Positions 28,707 through 39,431 of a DNA stretch of 64,000 nt are shown here, piece after piece. Origin of the DNA: a phage; assembly GCA_024614665.1 (NCBI GenBank), contig GCA_024614665.1_4861.1. One strand, 5' to 3'. A program made the position numbers and the translations under genes. The first letter of the stretch is position 1; each line of letters starts with the position of its first letter. Below the pieces are notes generated by a model, which saw only the letters and a program-made list of their open reading frames with translations, had not been told where the DNA came from and ran no database searches.

Positions 28707-29504
28707 TTATTTGTAGTTAACCATATACGGCGCGCCCTGCTTAGTAAAGCCAACCGTCAGCTTGCTCGCCTCTTCTTTTACCCATGCGGGTAATTCTTCA
28801 CGGAATGCCGGGTTCAGGAACCAAATCTGCTCATAGCGCCCGTCAATCTTTTCAACAACACGTTCCCAACCTTCGACGTACGTCAACGAGAACCATTTAA
28901 AACGCGCATGGCGTGCCCAGTAGTGGTATTCGATGGTTCGACCGACGTGAGTCAATACATCAATCAGAACTTGGTAGAAGCTCGGCTTTCCGATGACATG
29001 GGTATACTCGAAGATAACAGACTCTTCGCCAGGGACGAAGTTATCTTCAAAATTCTTCTCCCCTGTTAAAGGTACCATTATCGTGTCGTTGTTGATACAC
29101 AGCAACCAGTGCTTATTCGAAAATATCGGCGTGTCGCCTGAGAAACGAGCCCAGCGATAATTTTCAATCGCGACGCCAATCTGTGGCCGTAATGTATCGA
29201 CCACCTTCGCTATCGCTGCAGGGTCTATCGGCTCATAGACCAGACAAATCGCTTGCACTTGCTCTCTTTCCTGCTCAGGTTCCGCAGGTCGTGGTCGCCG
29301 CCCCAGCATCAAAATCCCACTAAGATTAGTTTCCCCAATCTCAATGATTTCTATTTCGCTAGTAGGAAGCTGCCGTTTAGCGTCCTCCATGTCGACGGCT
29401 CCTAATAACCCGTATTCGTAGTCGTCGAATTCCACCGTGTAGAATTCATCGGAGAACGCAAAGAGTTTCATCATCTTATTTCTCCATTGTTTTAAAGAGA
29501 ACAT
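28707..29504 (-). CDS. hypothetical protein
   Basis: 265-aa ORF in the array. Confidence 0.5.
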   Translation of the reverse strand: MFSLKQWRNKMMKLFAFSDEFYTVEFDDYEYGLLGAVDMEDAKRQLPTSEIEIIEIGETNLSGILMLGRRPRPAEPEQEREQVQAICLVYEPIDPAAIAKVVDTLRPQIGVAIENYRWARFSGDTPIFSNKHWLLCINNDTIMVPLTGEKNFEDNFVPGEESVIFEYTHVIGKPSFYQVLIDVLTHVGRTIEYHYWARHARFKWFSLTYVEGWERVVEKIDGRYEQIWFLNPAFREELPAWVKEEASKLTVGFTKQGAPYMVNYK

Positions 29505-29739
29505 CTACGCTATTACGGAGCATATTCAGTTCTTCTTCTTTCTTACGCAGCAGCATTTCAGGAGCGTTCTTTGCAAACTCTTTCAGTGCCATTTGGACGA
29601 CATGCGAATCGGTTTCGTCCGGGAACAGAGCTTTTAATGCGACCCATTCTTCCGCGGTGAATACGTCGCCCTTGCGGACATTACGCTGTTGTGGCAGTCG
29701 AATTGTTTTACTGAGACGGTCTGTCATAACTCCACCCAA
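29476..29739 (-). CDS. hypothetical protein
   Basis: 87-aa ORF overlapping both neighbours slightly. Confidence 0.4.
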   Translation of the reverse strand: MGGVMTDRLSKTIRLPQQRNVRKGDVFTAEEWVALKALFPDETDSHVVQMALKEFAKNAPEMLLRKKEEELNMLRNSVDVLFKTMEK

Positions 29740-30260
29740 ATCAGTTTAAAGGTATTACCTTCTAAGCCAGTAGGATGGATAATCATCGCTTCGGTATAGA
29801 TAGGCTCTTCTTCCGCAATACGGTGCTCAGCTGCTAAGCCTGAAAGGTGCATGTAGAGGTCTTCATCCATATCCCCGTTAAAAGACGAAGTCAGGATAAA
29901 GGGTGTGGACTCAGCGATTTGCAAAAGCGTTTCTTTGCTAATCTGTATTTCCATTGTCCGACGCCGTTCCATCCAGCTACCTTGCTCGTGGATATATGGG
30001 TCGGTATTAATGCGAACGACAGGTTCCGTAGACACACCCAGACCACGCGACATCATCTGGATAGCCAGAAGCGTCCACCATTCTTGTTCGGATATCGGGA
30101 AACCGATAGCCTTCATTGTACCGTCCGGTTGTGGAACGTGTAATTGTCCACGATGTTCGTCTGGAAGCTCGATGATCTTCTGTCCGTTGATAGGAATAAA
30201 CGGCGATTCGTCCGTAGCAACCGCCGCTTTAGGCTTGAAGGGAACGATGTTGTCAACCAT
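29724..30260 (-). CDS. hypothetical protein
   Basis: 178-aa ORF directly downstream of thyA; no DHFR motifs. Confidence 0.5.
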   Translation of the reverse strand: MVDNIVPFKPKAAVATDESPFIPINGQKIIELPDEHRGQLHVPQPDGTMKAIGFPISEQEWWTLLAIQMMSRGLGVSTEPVVRINTDPYIHEQGSWMERRRTMEIQISKETLLQIAESTPFILTSSFNGDMDEDLYMHLSGLAAEHRIAEEEPIYTEAMIIHPTGLEGNTFKLIWVEL

Positions 30261-30272
30261 AAACGCTCCTAA

Positions 30273-31310
30273 TTAGATAGCGACTGGTGCTTTAATTGGG
30301 TCGTGTGATACATAATCCCGGATCTCAAAATCTTCGAACTTATAATCGAAGATAGATTCCGGTTTACGCTTGATGACCAGTTTCGGTAAAGGTAAATGTT
30401 CGCGCGTCAGCTGCAGCTTGGCCTGCTCCAGATGGTTGGAGTACAGATGCACATCGCCGCCACTCCAAACGAAATCGCCCGGCACCATGTTAACTTGCTG
30501 TGCTACCATGTGTACGAGTAATGCGTAAGACGCGATGTTGAACGGTGTTCCCAGGAAGAAGTCTTGGGAACGTGCGTACAGTTGACATGAAAGAACGCGG
30601 CGAGGTATTTCAAGTGCGTCCATCTCAACGTGGAACACTGTGTCATCTGCTACAGCTTCATTACTAAAGCGGGAATCGTTAAATTGATCTGGAAGGTTCT
30701 TTTCAAACCAATCAAGACGCTCGTCGATAGACAGCTCACGAGTGTAGAACTGAAAGAACGCATGACACGGAGCTAACGCCATTTGATCCAACTCACCCAC
30801 GTTCCATGCGCTGACAATAATACGGCGACTGTCAGGATCGTTACGCAGCTGGTCAATCACCTTAGAGATCTGGTCGTGCTCTTTCAGAAGTACACGCGCA
30901 TCGAACATTTGTGAACCGTCGTCCGCGTCGCCATAATCCGCGTATCCAGCAGCTTGCAGTTTCTCGAGTAAAGCTGCATTTTTCTTAGGCACCAGTTTCA
31001 CATCTTTCCAACGTCTCCATTGTGCACCATACAGGGGTCCAAGGTTCCCATTCTCATCTTGCCACTCCCGCCAAATGGTAACGCCGTTATCTTCCAGATA
31101 TTTGGTGTTGGTATCACCACTAAGGAACCACAGCAATTCATGGATAATAGAACGCAGGTGGAGTTTCTTAGTCGTGACTAACGGGAAACCTTTACGCAAA
31201 TCAAAACGCATCTGGCGACCAAAGACAGAAAGCGTCCCCGTTCCAGTACGATCGCCTTTAACATGACCCTCGTCCAGAATGTTCTGCATCATCTCAAGAT
31301 ATTGTTTCAC
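30273..31310 (-). CDS. thyA: thymidylate synthase (ThyA family) with two insertions
   Basis: Near-collinear match to E. coli ThyA as I remember it ([63 protein letters not shown]-terminal KAPVAI). Start placed at GTG 31310 with AAGGAAA SD. Confidence 0.85.
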   Translation of the reverse strand: MKQYLEMMQNILDEGHVKGDRTGTGTLSVFGRQMRFDLRKGFPLVTTKKLHLRSIIHELLWFLSGDTNTKYLEDNGVTIWREWQDENGNLGPLYGAQWRRWKDVKLVPKKNAALLEKLQAAGYADYGDADDGSQMFDARVLLKEHDQISKVIDQLRNDPDSRRIIVSAWNVGELDQMALAPCHAFFQFYTRELSIDERLDWFEKNLPDQFNDSRFSNEAVADDTVFHVEMDALEIPRRVLSCQLYARSQDFFLGTPFNIASYALLVHMVAQQVNMVPGDFVWSGGDVHLYSNHLEQAKLQLTREHLPLPKLVIKRKPESIFDYKFEDFEIRDYVSHDPIKAPVAI

Positions 31311-31312
31311 AA

Positions 31313-32251
31313 TTATTTTCCTTTCAATAAATTCAAAATGTCTCTTAAATCGTCGTTCGCACAAATGTTTACAGCGTTACCATCGAACTTAACATCAACA
31401 CGAGGGTTACGATTGAACAACATTTGTTTTCTTACTATCCACGGTTCAAAGTGCGCCTTGAGAAGCTCTTGCAGCTTTTCGTTCATAATGTCCTCCATCC
31501 GCAGCAATAGCTGCGGCATGGCGACTTCACCGTTATGTTTGGTTTGTAAATCATTCGATGTGGCCAAAAGGCAATTTACAATAATGTCGTGAACTGACTC
31601 GTTGGTTTTGTACACCGCCTGATAGGTTTGTTTCGCCAAATCGTTGTCGGGTAACGGCAACGTTGCTTTAAGCAGTTCGCCGAGCGTGCTTAATGTTTCG
31701 GGAGTCTTAACGAGCTTACGATGACCGTTAAAAACAACGCGGTCAAACTCCAGCCCGCAGCGACACGCTAACAATTGATACTGCCTCATCAACTTACGAA
31801 GCAGCGCGCTGTAACTCTTAGGGTCGTGTTCTGGTTCTCGCAAAACAACACTAACGGCCTCGACCGCAATTAACATGAGTTGCTGCAGCTGCCCTTCTTT
31901 CGTTCCAGTTGTAGTACGAACGGATAGCGCGTCACTCAGCGGAACGATAATATCGCCGAAGTTAGAATGTGGACCGAGGTGTAGCAGCGCGGCAAATGTC
32001 CAAATCGATTCGCCGATACCGGCAGCCACCTTTAGGTTATCCAGTTCATCGACACCTGCTGAGATCCTGCCGAGTGTGACGTAATACTTTACCAACTGAC
32101 GCTCAGTCGCTTTCTGTTGGTAGATATCCGTCTTGCGAAACCACTCTTCGACTGCCTGAACTTGCTGAATGATGCTAGGCACAGACTTCTTCCTCCCGAT
32201 ACGCGTAGCAGATTGCAAAGTTAAGCTGGCCGGTTGCGCGAGAAACCACAA
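31313..32251 (-). CDS. hypothetical protein
   Basis: 312-aa ORF; start uncertain because it overlaps the next ORF. Confidence 0.5.
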   Translation of the reverse strand: MWFLAQPASLTLQSATRIGRKKSVPSIIQQVQAVEEWFRKTDIYQQKATERQLVKYYVTLGRISAGVDELDNLKVAAGIGESIWTFAALLHLGPHSNFGDIIVPLSDALSVRTTTGTKEGQLQQLMLIAVEAVSVVLREPEHDPKSYSALLRKLMRQYQLLACRCGLEFDRVVFNGHRKLVKTPETLSTLGELLKATLPLPDNDLAKQTYQAVYKTNESVHDIIVNCLLATSNDLQTKHNGEVAMPQLLLRMEDIMNEKLQELLKAHFEPWIVRKQMLFNRNPRVDVKFDGNAVNICANDDLRDILNLLKGK

Positions 32252-32597
32252 CGGCGATAGTCTGGTCTTCTACACCCGACATCGGTGTGCCCTGGTTAAC
32301 CATCTGGCCAGCGGCTTTACTTACCGGACCCAACAAACGCCAGCTGTACAGACGACTACGTAACGCCGCGTTTTGTAAGAAAGCGGAACCGCAATCATAG
32401 TCGACGTTAAACGCTGCAAACATTGGACCACAGTCCGCCATCGTGCCGTTAAACGGCAGCTCGCTCGTTACCACAATCTTCACAGGCTTGTCTTTGAGAC
32501 GTTGCGCTAACGCTTCCCAGTTAGCGTTATTAGTGCCAGCGACGATGGTGTTGTTCAGAAGTAACCCAACGCCTTTTTCAAACGCGATATTGTTCAT
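32175..32597 (-). CDS. hypothetical protein
   Basis: 140-aa ORF. Confidence 0.45.
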   Translation of the reverse strand: MNNIAFEKGVGLLLNNTIVAGTNNANWEALAQRLKDKPVKIVVTSELPFNGTMADCGPMFAAFNVDYDCGSAFLQNAALRSRLYSWRLLGPVSKAAGQMVNQGTPMSGVEDQTIAVVVSRATGQLNFAICYAYREEEVCA

Positions 32598-32645
32598 TAT
32601 AGTTCTCCTTGAGGTCTTTTACATACGTACAGCCGTGGCCGTAAA

Positions 32646-33008
32646 TTATCGAAGAATAAGAATTTGGCTACTGTCGTGCACATTGTACGTATTCATCCTG
32701 GGCTTGCTAGGCGGATTGAATCCCATCAATAATTCGCTCAATACACGACCAGGCTGCCCACTGAAGATAACCAGGTGTGTGGTGTCTTCGCCGTCTCCAA
32801 GTCGGGAGAAAGCCACGCGTGGCGACGCAGCTTGCGTGTAGAGTTGCAATAGTTGAAACTTACCTTCTGCGAAGGGAGCAAGTTTCTCTTTCCACTCGAC
32901 CATAGATGATTCGTCGAGTTCTAACGTGCGTACACGTCTCCCGTCGCTATCCGCAACCCCACAAACAAACACGATTCCGTGACGATTAAAGAAAAAACCG
33001 ATTTGCAT
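32646..33008 (-). CDS. hypothetical protein
   Basis: 120-aa ORF with AAGGAG SD; preceded by a terminator. Confidence 0.5.
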   Translation of the reverse strand: MQIGFFFNRHGIVFVCGVADSDGRRVRTLELDESSMVEWKEKLAPFAEGKFQLLQLYTQAASPRVAFSRLGDGEDTTHLVIFSGQPGRVLSELLMGFNPPSKPRMNTYNVHDSSQILILR

Positions 33009-33023
33009 TTACATACTCCTTAA

Positions 33024-33062
33024 GATAAAAAATGAAGATACCCTCCCCCGAAGGAGAGGGTA
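33024..33062 (-). terminator. intrinsic terminator
   Basis: Hairpin TACCCTC...GAGGGTA followed on the minus strand by TCTTCATTTTTTATC. Confidence 0.6.
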
Positions 33063-33066
33063 CGAC

Positions 33067-33729
33067 TTAGATGCGGGTTTCATTATCCCAGTAGTCCCGA
33101 ATGACTTCTTGGTCATCGGGGTTAGAAGGATTGCCTGGAATAGCGTCTTCTACTGCAAACGGCAATACGTCCTTGATAGACGTCAGCTCAAATCGCTCAA
33201 CTTCCAGTTCGACTTTTACCCACTCGCCGAATGTAGTGGAGTCGCGCAGTTCGTTGACAAGGTCTTCAAACCCCGCTTGCGATTCGATAACCGGATGACC
33301 TGCCAGTTTAAAGAACAGGTCGATATCCCAATGTTTCGCACCTTGCTCTGCCAGCTCGCCTGGCTCGAGTTTGATACGACGCACGAGATGCGCAAGATTG
33401 CCATCTTCGTAGAAGGTCAGACCGGAAGCAAACCCGATATCCGAGTTCTCTTCGATACGACCATCAGATGCTTGCCTTTTTAACGTCAGTACCGCGGTTT
33501 TATCGGTGGACAACCGCACCCGGCGTTTGCCGTTAACGACCGGCATAATCACATCCAGGAAGGTTTCGCCTGTCTGACCAAACAGCCATTGCCAACCTTC
33601 TTCAGTGGGCTTAACCCACATGCAATACTCACGTTCCTTCTCCGTAGAGATAGACTCACGCGCAACAGTAATGACTTCTTTTTCCTGCTGCTCGTCTAAG
33701 TTTTTGAGAATATCAAATAGTCCCATCAT
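33067..33729 (-). CDS. hypothetical protein
   Basis: 220-aa ORF. Confidence 0.5.
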   Translation of the reverse strand: MMGLFDILKNLDEQQEKEVITVARESISTEKEREYCMWVKPTEEGWQWLFGQTGETFLDVIMPVVNGKRRVRLSTDKTAVLTLKRQASDGRIEENSDIGFASGLTFYEDGNLAHLVRRIKLEPGELAEQGAKHWDIDLFFKLAGHPVIESQAGFEDLVNELRDSTTFGEWVKVELEVERFELTSIKDVLPFAVEDAIPGNPSNPDDQEVIRDYWDNETRI

Positions 33730-34564
33730 CGATTCCTAGTTTCTTCAAAAGTTCGGTTCGATCAAACGTACTGTCCTCAGGATCGATATGTTCAGCTATC
33801 ATCTCAATCAGATTTGGTAGCCAGTCCCAGTGTGCTGGGAATATCTTACGCCCTTGCATCATGTAATAATGCTTAAGCGGGATACGTGCTCGCAGAATCT
33901 CTGCAAATACATTACCTAACGATGTCCCGTCGACCGACAGTATAAAGAGTTTATTTACCAGCGCATGGATAAAACGGCTTTCTGTAACCGGGGTAAATGA
34001 ACCGGGCTTATAACTGGTTCCTCCGTAGATTTCCGCTTTCAGATTACGACCTAGCCGGATACAGTCGGTGCCATCTAGTGCACGCAACTTCTCAATATCA
34101 GGCCAGGTGTTCACTGCCTGTCGCATGATATCAAATTCCATCACCAGAGTGCGGTCATCAATCTCACGCATCAGGTAATCCAGAATACGCAGATAGTGGT
34201 AATAACCCTCGAGCGTTCGGAAAGGCCCGTGGGGGGTAACAAAATACTCACCAGGGCGAGCATAGAAGTTACTCGCCATCCGACCTATCTCAGTTCGACC
34301 CTGCGAATAGATGTTGAAGTGATTCAGACCGTCTGTAGACGGCGTGATATCCACCAAGGTACTCTGGTAACCCATACGCAGTAAATAGCGTACAAAGGCT
34401 TCCTTTTCTTCTGGTGGGAGGATGGGACGTAAAACAGGATATGTGGCTTCTACCGAGGCGGGCAACGTAAACCCAAAAGCAGCCGCCAAAGCATCCACCG
34501 ATGCACCATCGACACGTAGACGTTCCAACGCACTACGCAAAAACTTACCTTCATCTTTCGACAT
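33713..34564 (-). CDS. hypothetical protein
   Basis: 283-aa ORF. Confidence 0.5.
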   Translation of the reverse strand: MSKDEGKFLRSALERLRVDGASVDALAAAFGFTLPASVEATYPVLRPILPPEEKEAFVRYLLRMGYQSTLVDITPSTDGLNHFNIYSQGRTEIGRMASNFYARPGEYFVTPHGPFRTLEGYYHYLRILDYLMREIDDRTLVMEFDIMRQAVNTWPDIEKLRALDGTDCIRLGRNLKAEIYGGTSYKPGSFTPVTESRFIHALVNKLFILSVDGTSLGNVFAEILRARIPLKHYYMMQGRKIFPAHWDWLPNLIEMIAEHIDPEDSTFDRTELLKKLGIDDGTI

Positions 34565-34573
34565 AGAGGTACC

Positions 34574-35848
34574 TTACAAGGCGAAATAGCTCTGCACCAG
34601 CGTACTGGCAGACTGATATTGGACACTACCACCGGCGATAACGTACGGACGTTTCTCGGTGGTCAGGAGTGCTTGAATCGCATTACTGTTGGCGTACGTG
34701 TAAAGCTTAAGCTCAACCATTCCAGGATTCGTTTTAGAGATATCCCAGTTCGGATTAAGCGCTTTAAACAACGTCAACAGTCGTTGGCCGTAGGTGCTGT
34801 AACCCACACCCGGCTCAACGTTAAGGTTCATCAGAAGATTCTGAATAACAGTATCTGCAATCTCAGCACCTTGACCTGGCTGTAGTTTAGGCAAGTAATA
34901 CTCAACAGAATTGAGATTGCCCGAAGCCGCAGCCTGTATCATCAGTTCGCCGTACAACGCTTGTTGTGCAACAGGATCGGTGATAGCCTGAATCATCGGA
35001 TCGATGCGATTCGGCAGACCGTATTGATTGAGCTTCGTGGACATACCGTATATCAACGCAGACGAGGTGTTGATATCCAGCGAGGAGAAATTCCCACTCC
35101 CGCCCGTAAAGCTATCAATGATCCCGTCGATAGACAAGAAGTCGTCCAGGTCCTTAAAGCTATCGAACGTGTGTGTAACATCGTCAATCAGTGCAGTGAC
35201 TTGCCATTTGGCGCTATTGGCCATGTCGACGTAGTTACCGATTTCACGTTGCACCTCACCAGGCAGTTTGGCAAGCTGTCCCGCGATGTTCATCGTGGAC
35301 TCCAGGCGAGCTTTCACCGACGCATAATCTGTCCCGACCGCGCTTAAAGCGCTATCGCGAAGATCAGTCAGCGTATCCCATCCCTTACTTAACAGGCTAC
35401 CTGCGCCACCCGGTGAGAGATAGCTCAGTGCAGTTTTCCCTTCCTGGTTTACCTTCTGAAAGGGTTCGGACACATCGCGCTTCTGCGGATCGATAACCGG
35501 CAGCGCTTCTTTCGTGTTGGAAGCAAAAGTAGGCACACGTTGTGGCGGCGATACTCCGGAAGCCGCTGAACCTGCTGCCTTTTTACCGCCTACCGTGACT
35601 TGGTCACCACCACCGAACACGTTACCAAATTTCTCACTTATCGTGTTGCCAATGTTGGAGATCTTGTCGAACGTCTCTCCGGCTTTAGCAGTTGCGTTAT
35701 TGTACAAATTTTGAGCACTTTCAATACCGCGCTCGGCATTACCAATCGTTGACTGGACACGGTTTTGAACATCGTTAACTTTGTTCTCTATTGCGCCCGT
35801 TGTGCTGCTTATCTGGTTGGTAATCCCATCAAGGTTGTTCAGTTTCAT
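34574..35848 (-). CDS. hypothetical protein (Gly/Ser/Asn-rich, possibly structural)
   Basis: 424-aa ORF. Confidence 0.5.
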   Translation of the reverse strand: MKLNNLDGITNQISSTTGAIENKVNDVQNRVQSTIGNAERGIESAQNLYNNATAKAGETFDKISNIGNTISEKFGNVFGGGDQVTVGGKKAAGSAASGVSPPQRVPTFASNTKEALPVIDPQKRDVSEPFQKVNQEGKTALSYLSPGGAGSLLSKGWDTLTDLRDSALSAVGTDYASVKARLESTMNIAGQLAKLPGEVQREIGNYVDMANSAKWQVTALIDDVTHTFDSFKDLDDFLSIDGIIDSFTGGSGNFSSLDINTSSALIYGMSTKLNQYGLPNRIDPMIQAITDPVAQQALYGELMIQAAASGNLNSVEYYLPKLQPGQGAEIADTVIQNLLMNLNVEPGVGYSTYGQRLLTLFKALNPNWDISKTNPGMVELKLYTYANSNAIQALLTTEKRPYVIAGGSVQYQSASTLVQSYFAL

Positions 35849-36707
35849 TGGAACTCCAGAATCTATACGTCGCTAACGGAACGTTGTCGCTGACCTCATA
35901 TTCTCTACCACTGCGATGGCGAACTTTGAAAGTGATTTCGAACTCACGTACGTCCAGCGCTTGTAAGATTATTAGAAACCAACGCCAGGTGATTGCCTCG
36001 GTGTGACGCATCGCCTGTTTCATGTTGTTTCGTCTGTCCCCACGTTTGGATGATGTGCCTGGGCACAACTTAGGGTTGTTGACGTAGTTCGTCGTCCACC
36101 GTTCCAGTTTATCGCCATCGATTTTATACCCACGAATAACTTTGTAGATTAGACGCAGGAGAATATGCTTCATCACATGTTCGATGGTGTGGTCGATGTT
36201 CGCAACATACTCGTTAACGTCGTGAGATGCAGGATGCTCGAAACGCTCTTTACGTTTCTTCCTGTTCTCATTACGTAAGTTCTTAATGAAGTCCTCACGC
36301 ACAAACGTACTGTCGAATACAAAACACTTCGTGTCAAAGCTTCCCCGCTTAGTCAGCAGGGTGACTGTTAGCGTTTGCATCTCCAGGATAACTAATCCCT
36401 CGATGAAACGTTTCCACGTAAAATCGACTGTCAGGTTACGTACTGAACCACCCGTAAGTGAGGTGTTCAGCCGGTTAACGCGGTCGGTCATCGTGGTCAG
36501 TTTGCTGTCGCGAAACTGTTTCAGATACTCCGGGTCGTTGACATGTTGACGGATAAGGTTTTTCCATATCCCGTCGCTAATACCCATCAACTTAACCAGA
36601 TTCCAATAAGCTTTCCTTAACGGGTAGCTGGAATCTGACGCCGGTGGCGTACCGTGCCAAATTTGCTCGCGTGTGCTATTCAGCGGCGGCTTTTTCTCAT
36701 CATCCAT
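35829..36707 (-). CDS. hypothetical protein
   Basis: 292-aa ORF; AAGGTG SD and a variant upstream element. Confidence 0.5.
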   Translation of the reverse strand: MDDEKKPPLNSTREQIWHGTPPASDSSYPLRKAYWNLVKLMGISDGIWKNLIRQHVNDPEYLKQFRDSKLTTMTDRVNRLNTSLTGGSVRNLTVDFTWKRFIEGLVILEMQTLTVTLLTKRGSFDTKCFVFDSTFVREDFIKNLRNENRKKRKERFEHPASHDVNEYVANIDHTIEHVMKHILLRLIYKVIRGYKIDGDKLERWTTNYVNNPKLCPGTSSKRGDRRNNMKQAMRHTEAITWRWFLIILQALDVREFEITFKVRHRSGREYEVSDNVPLATYRFWSSNETEQP

Positions 36708-36724
36708 ACATCACCTTGTTACAA

Positions 36725-36740
36725 GGGAATAGATTAAAAG
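36725..36740 (-). promoter_or_regulatory. variant of the TTAATCGACTAT upstream element
   Basis: Minus-strand CTTTTAATCTATTCCC then AAGGTG SD and ATG; preceded by hairpin GATAGTG/CACTATC. Confidence 0.3.
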
Positions 36741-37271
36741 TTAGAGATAGTGTTCCACTATCACTTCTAACTCGCGGAAGATATGTGCGGTTTGATTAAA
36801 CAGCGTATCCTGTTCGGGTGTTTGTTTATCAAATGCACGCTGATACTGTTCTAACATAGCGAAGACCGTGCGCAGTTTTTCGCGCGCGACTTCAGGATCG
36901 GATGCACCGAAATAGTGATCAAGCCATCGTGGTTCTGAACTCTCTCCTTTTCTATCGATTGCCTCAGGCAACTCTAACCAACGTTGATTGGGAATGTTGC
37001 TACTGGATACACGGTTATACTCAGAAATGAAGAATTCCAATCGCTCCACCAACGTGTCAAAATCTCGAATACGTAATTCGAGTTGTCCACGCAATGAAAA
37101 AGGAAGGTATTCTTTCCCATTATATTCCAGAGGCTCTGTAATGAGTTCTAAGCCCACCATCACTCTGTGCAGGGTGTTATGGGTATTCTTATGAAACTCA
37201 GCCTCCAAAGAGCGTCTGCGAGCTTCTACAGCCTTACGACGCAGGAGTGTTGAAAGCCATTTAAAAAGCAT
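36741..37271 (-). CDS. hypothetical protein
   Basis: 176-aa ORF. Confidence 0.5.
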   Translation of the reverse strand: MLFKWLSTLLRRKAVEARRRSLEAEFHKNTHNTLHRVMVGLELITEPLEYNGKEYLPFSLRGQLELRIRDFDTLVERLEFFISEYNRVSSSNIPNQRWLELPEAIDRKGESSEPRWLDHYFGASDPEVAREKLRTVFAMLEQYQRAFDKQTPEQDTLFNQTAHIFRELEVIVEHYL

Positions 37272-37302
37272 AGGTGTTATCCTATTATGAGATGTTGTCT
37301 CG

Positions 37303-37323
37303 GATAGATAATATCTGTCTGAG
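37303..37323 (-). promoter_or_regulatory. AT-rich promoter-like element in divergent intergenic region
   Basis: Minus-strand CTCAGACAGATATTATCTATCCGAG between divergent genes 36741-37271 and 37348-37818. Confidence 0.4.
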
Positions 37324-37347
37324 TTCTTTTTGAGATGAGGTTATCCC

Positions 37348-37818
37348 ATGAGCGAAGAAGTGAAATACCAAGCGTTCGACGGAGATGTGGACAACGAAGA
37401 TTCGCTTCTCCGCCAAACACAACAGCTACGCGTTAAGCTCGTCACAGATATGGTTAACGACGGTGAAGTACACAAAGACTTAAAAGCCGTCGACCGAATC
37501 GAGCGCCTAATCAACGGCATCGACAAACAGGTCATGACGAAGCGGAAAATTAAAGCTGCTGAGAAAGGCGCTGAGGCGACTCAAGATTTGGCCAACAGTT
37601 TAAACGGCTTCTTAATGACCCGTGCAGGCGTTGGTATCAAACGTCACGACGATGAAGAAGATTTAAATAACGGATACCAACCCACCGTCCCACAGATTGC
37701 CGCAGTACGGCCTCCGAAAGAAGGTGAGTTGGCACCAGTAGGCGAAAAGATTGACGTTGACCAGATCATGGCATCTGCGTTTGCGAGTCGTCGTCCTGCT
37801 GATGACGACGAAGACTAA
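37348..37818 (+). CDS. hypothetical acidic protein
   Basis: 156-aa ORF with GAGG SD; C-terminus ADDDED. Confidence 0.5.
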   Translation: MSEEVKYQAFDGDVDNEDSLLRQTQQLRVKLVTDMVNDGEVHKDLKAVDRIERLINGIDKQVMTKRKIKAAEKGAEATQDLANSLNGFLMTRAGVGIKRHDDEEDLNNGYQPTVPQIAAVRPPKEGELAPVGEKIDVDQIMASAFASRRPADDDED

Positions 37819-38494
37819 ACAGCGCAGTGTCCTTTACGTCAGTACCGACGTATTGGGCAAGAAAACGGGTGGACTCCTTAAAGGGGTTCACCTTATCTCT
37901 TTTTATTTGCGCGATTGCTTCTTCCGTTAATTCGCTGGTCAGCATACTCGGTCGGGTAATCGTAAAATCCGGAATCGGTTTCTGGAAATGGCTCGCGTGT
38001 TGTTCTATCCACGGATACCAATCGTACATTATCCAACCATCCCATGCAGAAGCAAGTCGTCCTGGTGTAAGATCGCTGTGAGGAATAACAACGACGTCTA
38101 CTTGCACTTCGTTGTAGTAGTAGCGCAGTTCTTCCAAAAACGCATGACGTTCTTCATCATCGAGATCGGCGTATGGCCACAGGTTAAACGTTAAGACAGG
38201 TCGCTCGATAGGAGCGTGCATCTGTATCGTCATTAACATTGCCTGTACTTCGTTCTTTAGCGTAAGCAACATTTCTGTTGGCTGCGCGTTCTGCAACGCG
38301 CGTTTATCACGCTCCGCGAACTTTTTATTCCAGTCCTGAATTCCTACCACTTCGGCCCACGCATCCGTGAACCGCATCCGATACACTTCTAAATCAAGCT
38401 TCTCTAATACATCAGGCTGCAACACTTTCGCCCAACCAATTCGTGTATCGAAGATTGTGTCGATATCGACTAAGAAACGGCGTCCTAATCTCAT
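37766..38494 (-). CDS. hypothetical protein
   Basis: 242-aa ORF; 3' end overlaps the convergent plus gene by about 50 nt. Confidence 0.45.
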   Translation of the reverse strand: MRLGRRFLVDIDTIFDTRIGWAKVLQPDVLEKLDLEVYRMRFTDAWAEVVGIQDWNKKFAERDKRALQNAQPTEMLLTLKNEVQAMLMTIQMHAPIERPVLTFNLWPYADLDDEERHAFLEELRYYYNEVQVDVVVIPHSDLTPGRLASAWDGWIMYDWYPWIEQHASHFQKPIPDFTITRPSMLTSELTEEAIAQIKRDKVNPFKESTRFLAQYVGTDVKDTALFSLRRHQQDDDSQTQMP

Positions 38495-39159
38495 TCCGGG
38501 CGTCCTAAGTTGTTACCGATGTGCATTGCTTTAAAGTACGAAGACCATGTACGCGGTGCTTTTGAACTGGTCCGCTCAGCCCCTTCCAGGTTGATGCGAC
38601 CTTTACCGGTTTGCCGTAGCGATTGATAGAACGCACGTTGTAACGTATCGTTACCACCACGCGCCCACAGGAACTCCTGGAGCGTTGAGTCGTGTCCATC
38701 CGAGTACATGATGTACGCTTCTGGAAACGAAACACCTGAAGCTTTGGAAGGCCCTACTACCTGACCTGAGAGTTTATCGCGGACTTTATCGTTCTTCGCC
38801 ACCGCCATTTTCTTCTCTTGCATCTGCGTCTGGCGACGTGCAGGTAAACGGAAGACTAAATGGGGGTAACGGGTACGCTGCAGGATACCGGTTTTCGGTT
38901 CCGTGAGCCACAGGCGCTGACACAAGTTCAGTCCCATCGCTTCGCAAATTTTAATATTGCGCATATGGTCAATTTTGACCTTGCCACCAGTTGGGTTGTA
39001 AACAGGCAACCCTTCGCGCAGACGATTGAACTCTTCGTCAGACATTCGCGAGAAAGCGCGCTTGGCAGCTTCCGCGTTAATCCCGGTCGGGTCAACTAAG
39101 TTCAGTAACTGTAAAGCATAAGCTTCTGCTTTTTTTCGCCGTGCCGGGTCTAATCTCAT
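38491..39159 (-). CDS. hypothetical protein
   Basis: 222-aa ORF. Confidence 0.5.
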   Translation of the reverse strand: MRLDPARRKKAEAYALQLLNLVDPTGINAEAAKRAFSRMSDEEFNRLREGLPVYNPTGGKVKIDHMRNIKICEAMGLNLCQRLWLTEPKTGILQRTRYPHLVFRLPARRQTQMQEKKMAVAKNDKVRDKLSGQVVGPSKASGVSFPEAYIMYSDGHDSTLQEFLWARGGNDTLQRAFYQSLRQTGKGRINLEGAERTSSKAPRTWSSYFKAMHIGNNLGRPE

Positions 39160-39431
39160 TTTTTCATCCTCTCACGGAGCACTGGAAGAACCACACGTTC
39201 CAGGTCTTCAATCCAGTACGGGATATCTTCATTGTGTTCAGGCACACCGACCGCATCAACCTTCGGTTTATCATTAATCAGGTTGCCGTAGTGGGCATTT
39301 ACCTGATGACTAAATTCAGACAGTGCATGTCGCGGTGCTGAGAACTCGTTATGGAACGCAGTGCTAAGCTCCTGGCTAATGCCAGCGAGGCCCAGACAGA
39401 GACGCTCTACAATATCTTTCTGATAACGCAT
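39156..39431 (-). CDS. hypothetical protein
   Basis: 91-aa ORF overlapping the downstream start by 4 nt. Confidence 0.45.
   Translation of the reverse strand: MRYQKDIVERLCLGLAGISQELSTAFHNEFSAPRHALSEFSHQVNAHYGNLINDKPKVDAVGVPEHNEDIPYWIEDLERVVLPVLRERMKK

Noticed and set aside
30273-31310. Possible group I intron or intein interrupting thyA, as in T4 td.
   Set aside because: The extra segments are in-frame coding sequence without stop codons, too short for an intein, and show no homing endonuclease motifs.
31313-32597. A dihydrofolate reductase or dCMP deaminase next to thyA.
   Set aside because: The neighbouring ORFs lack DHFR motifs and zinc-binding deaminase motifs (HAE, PCxxC).
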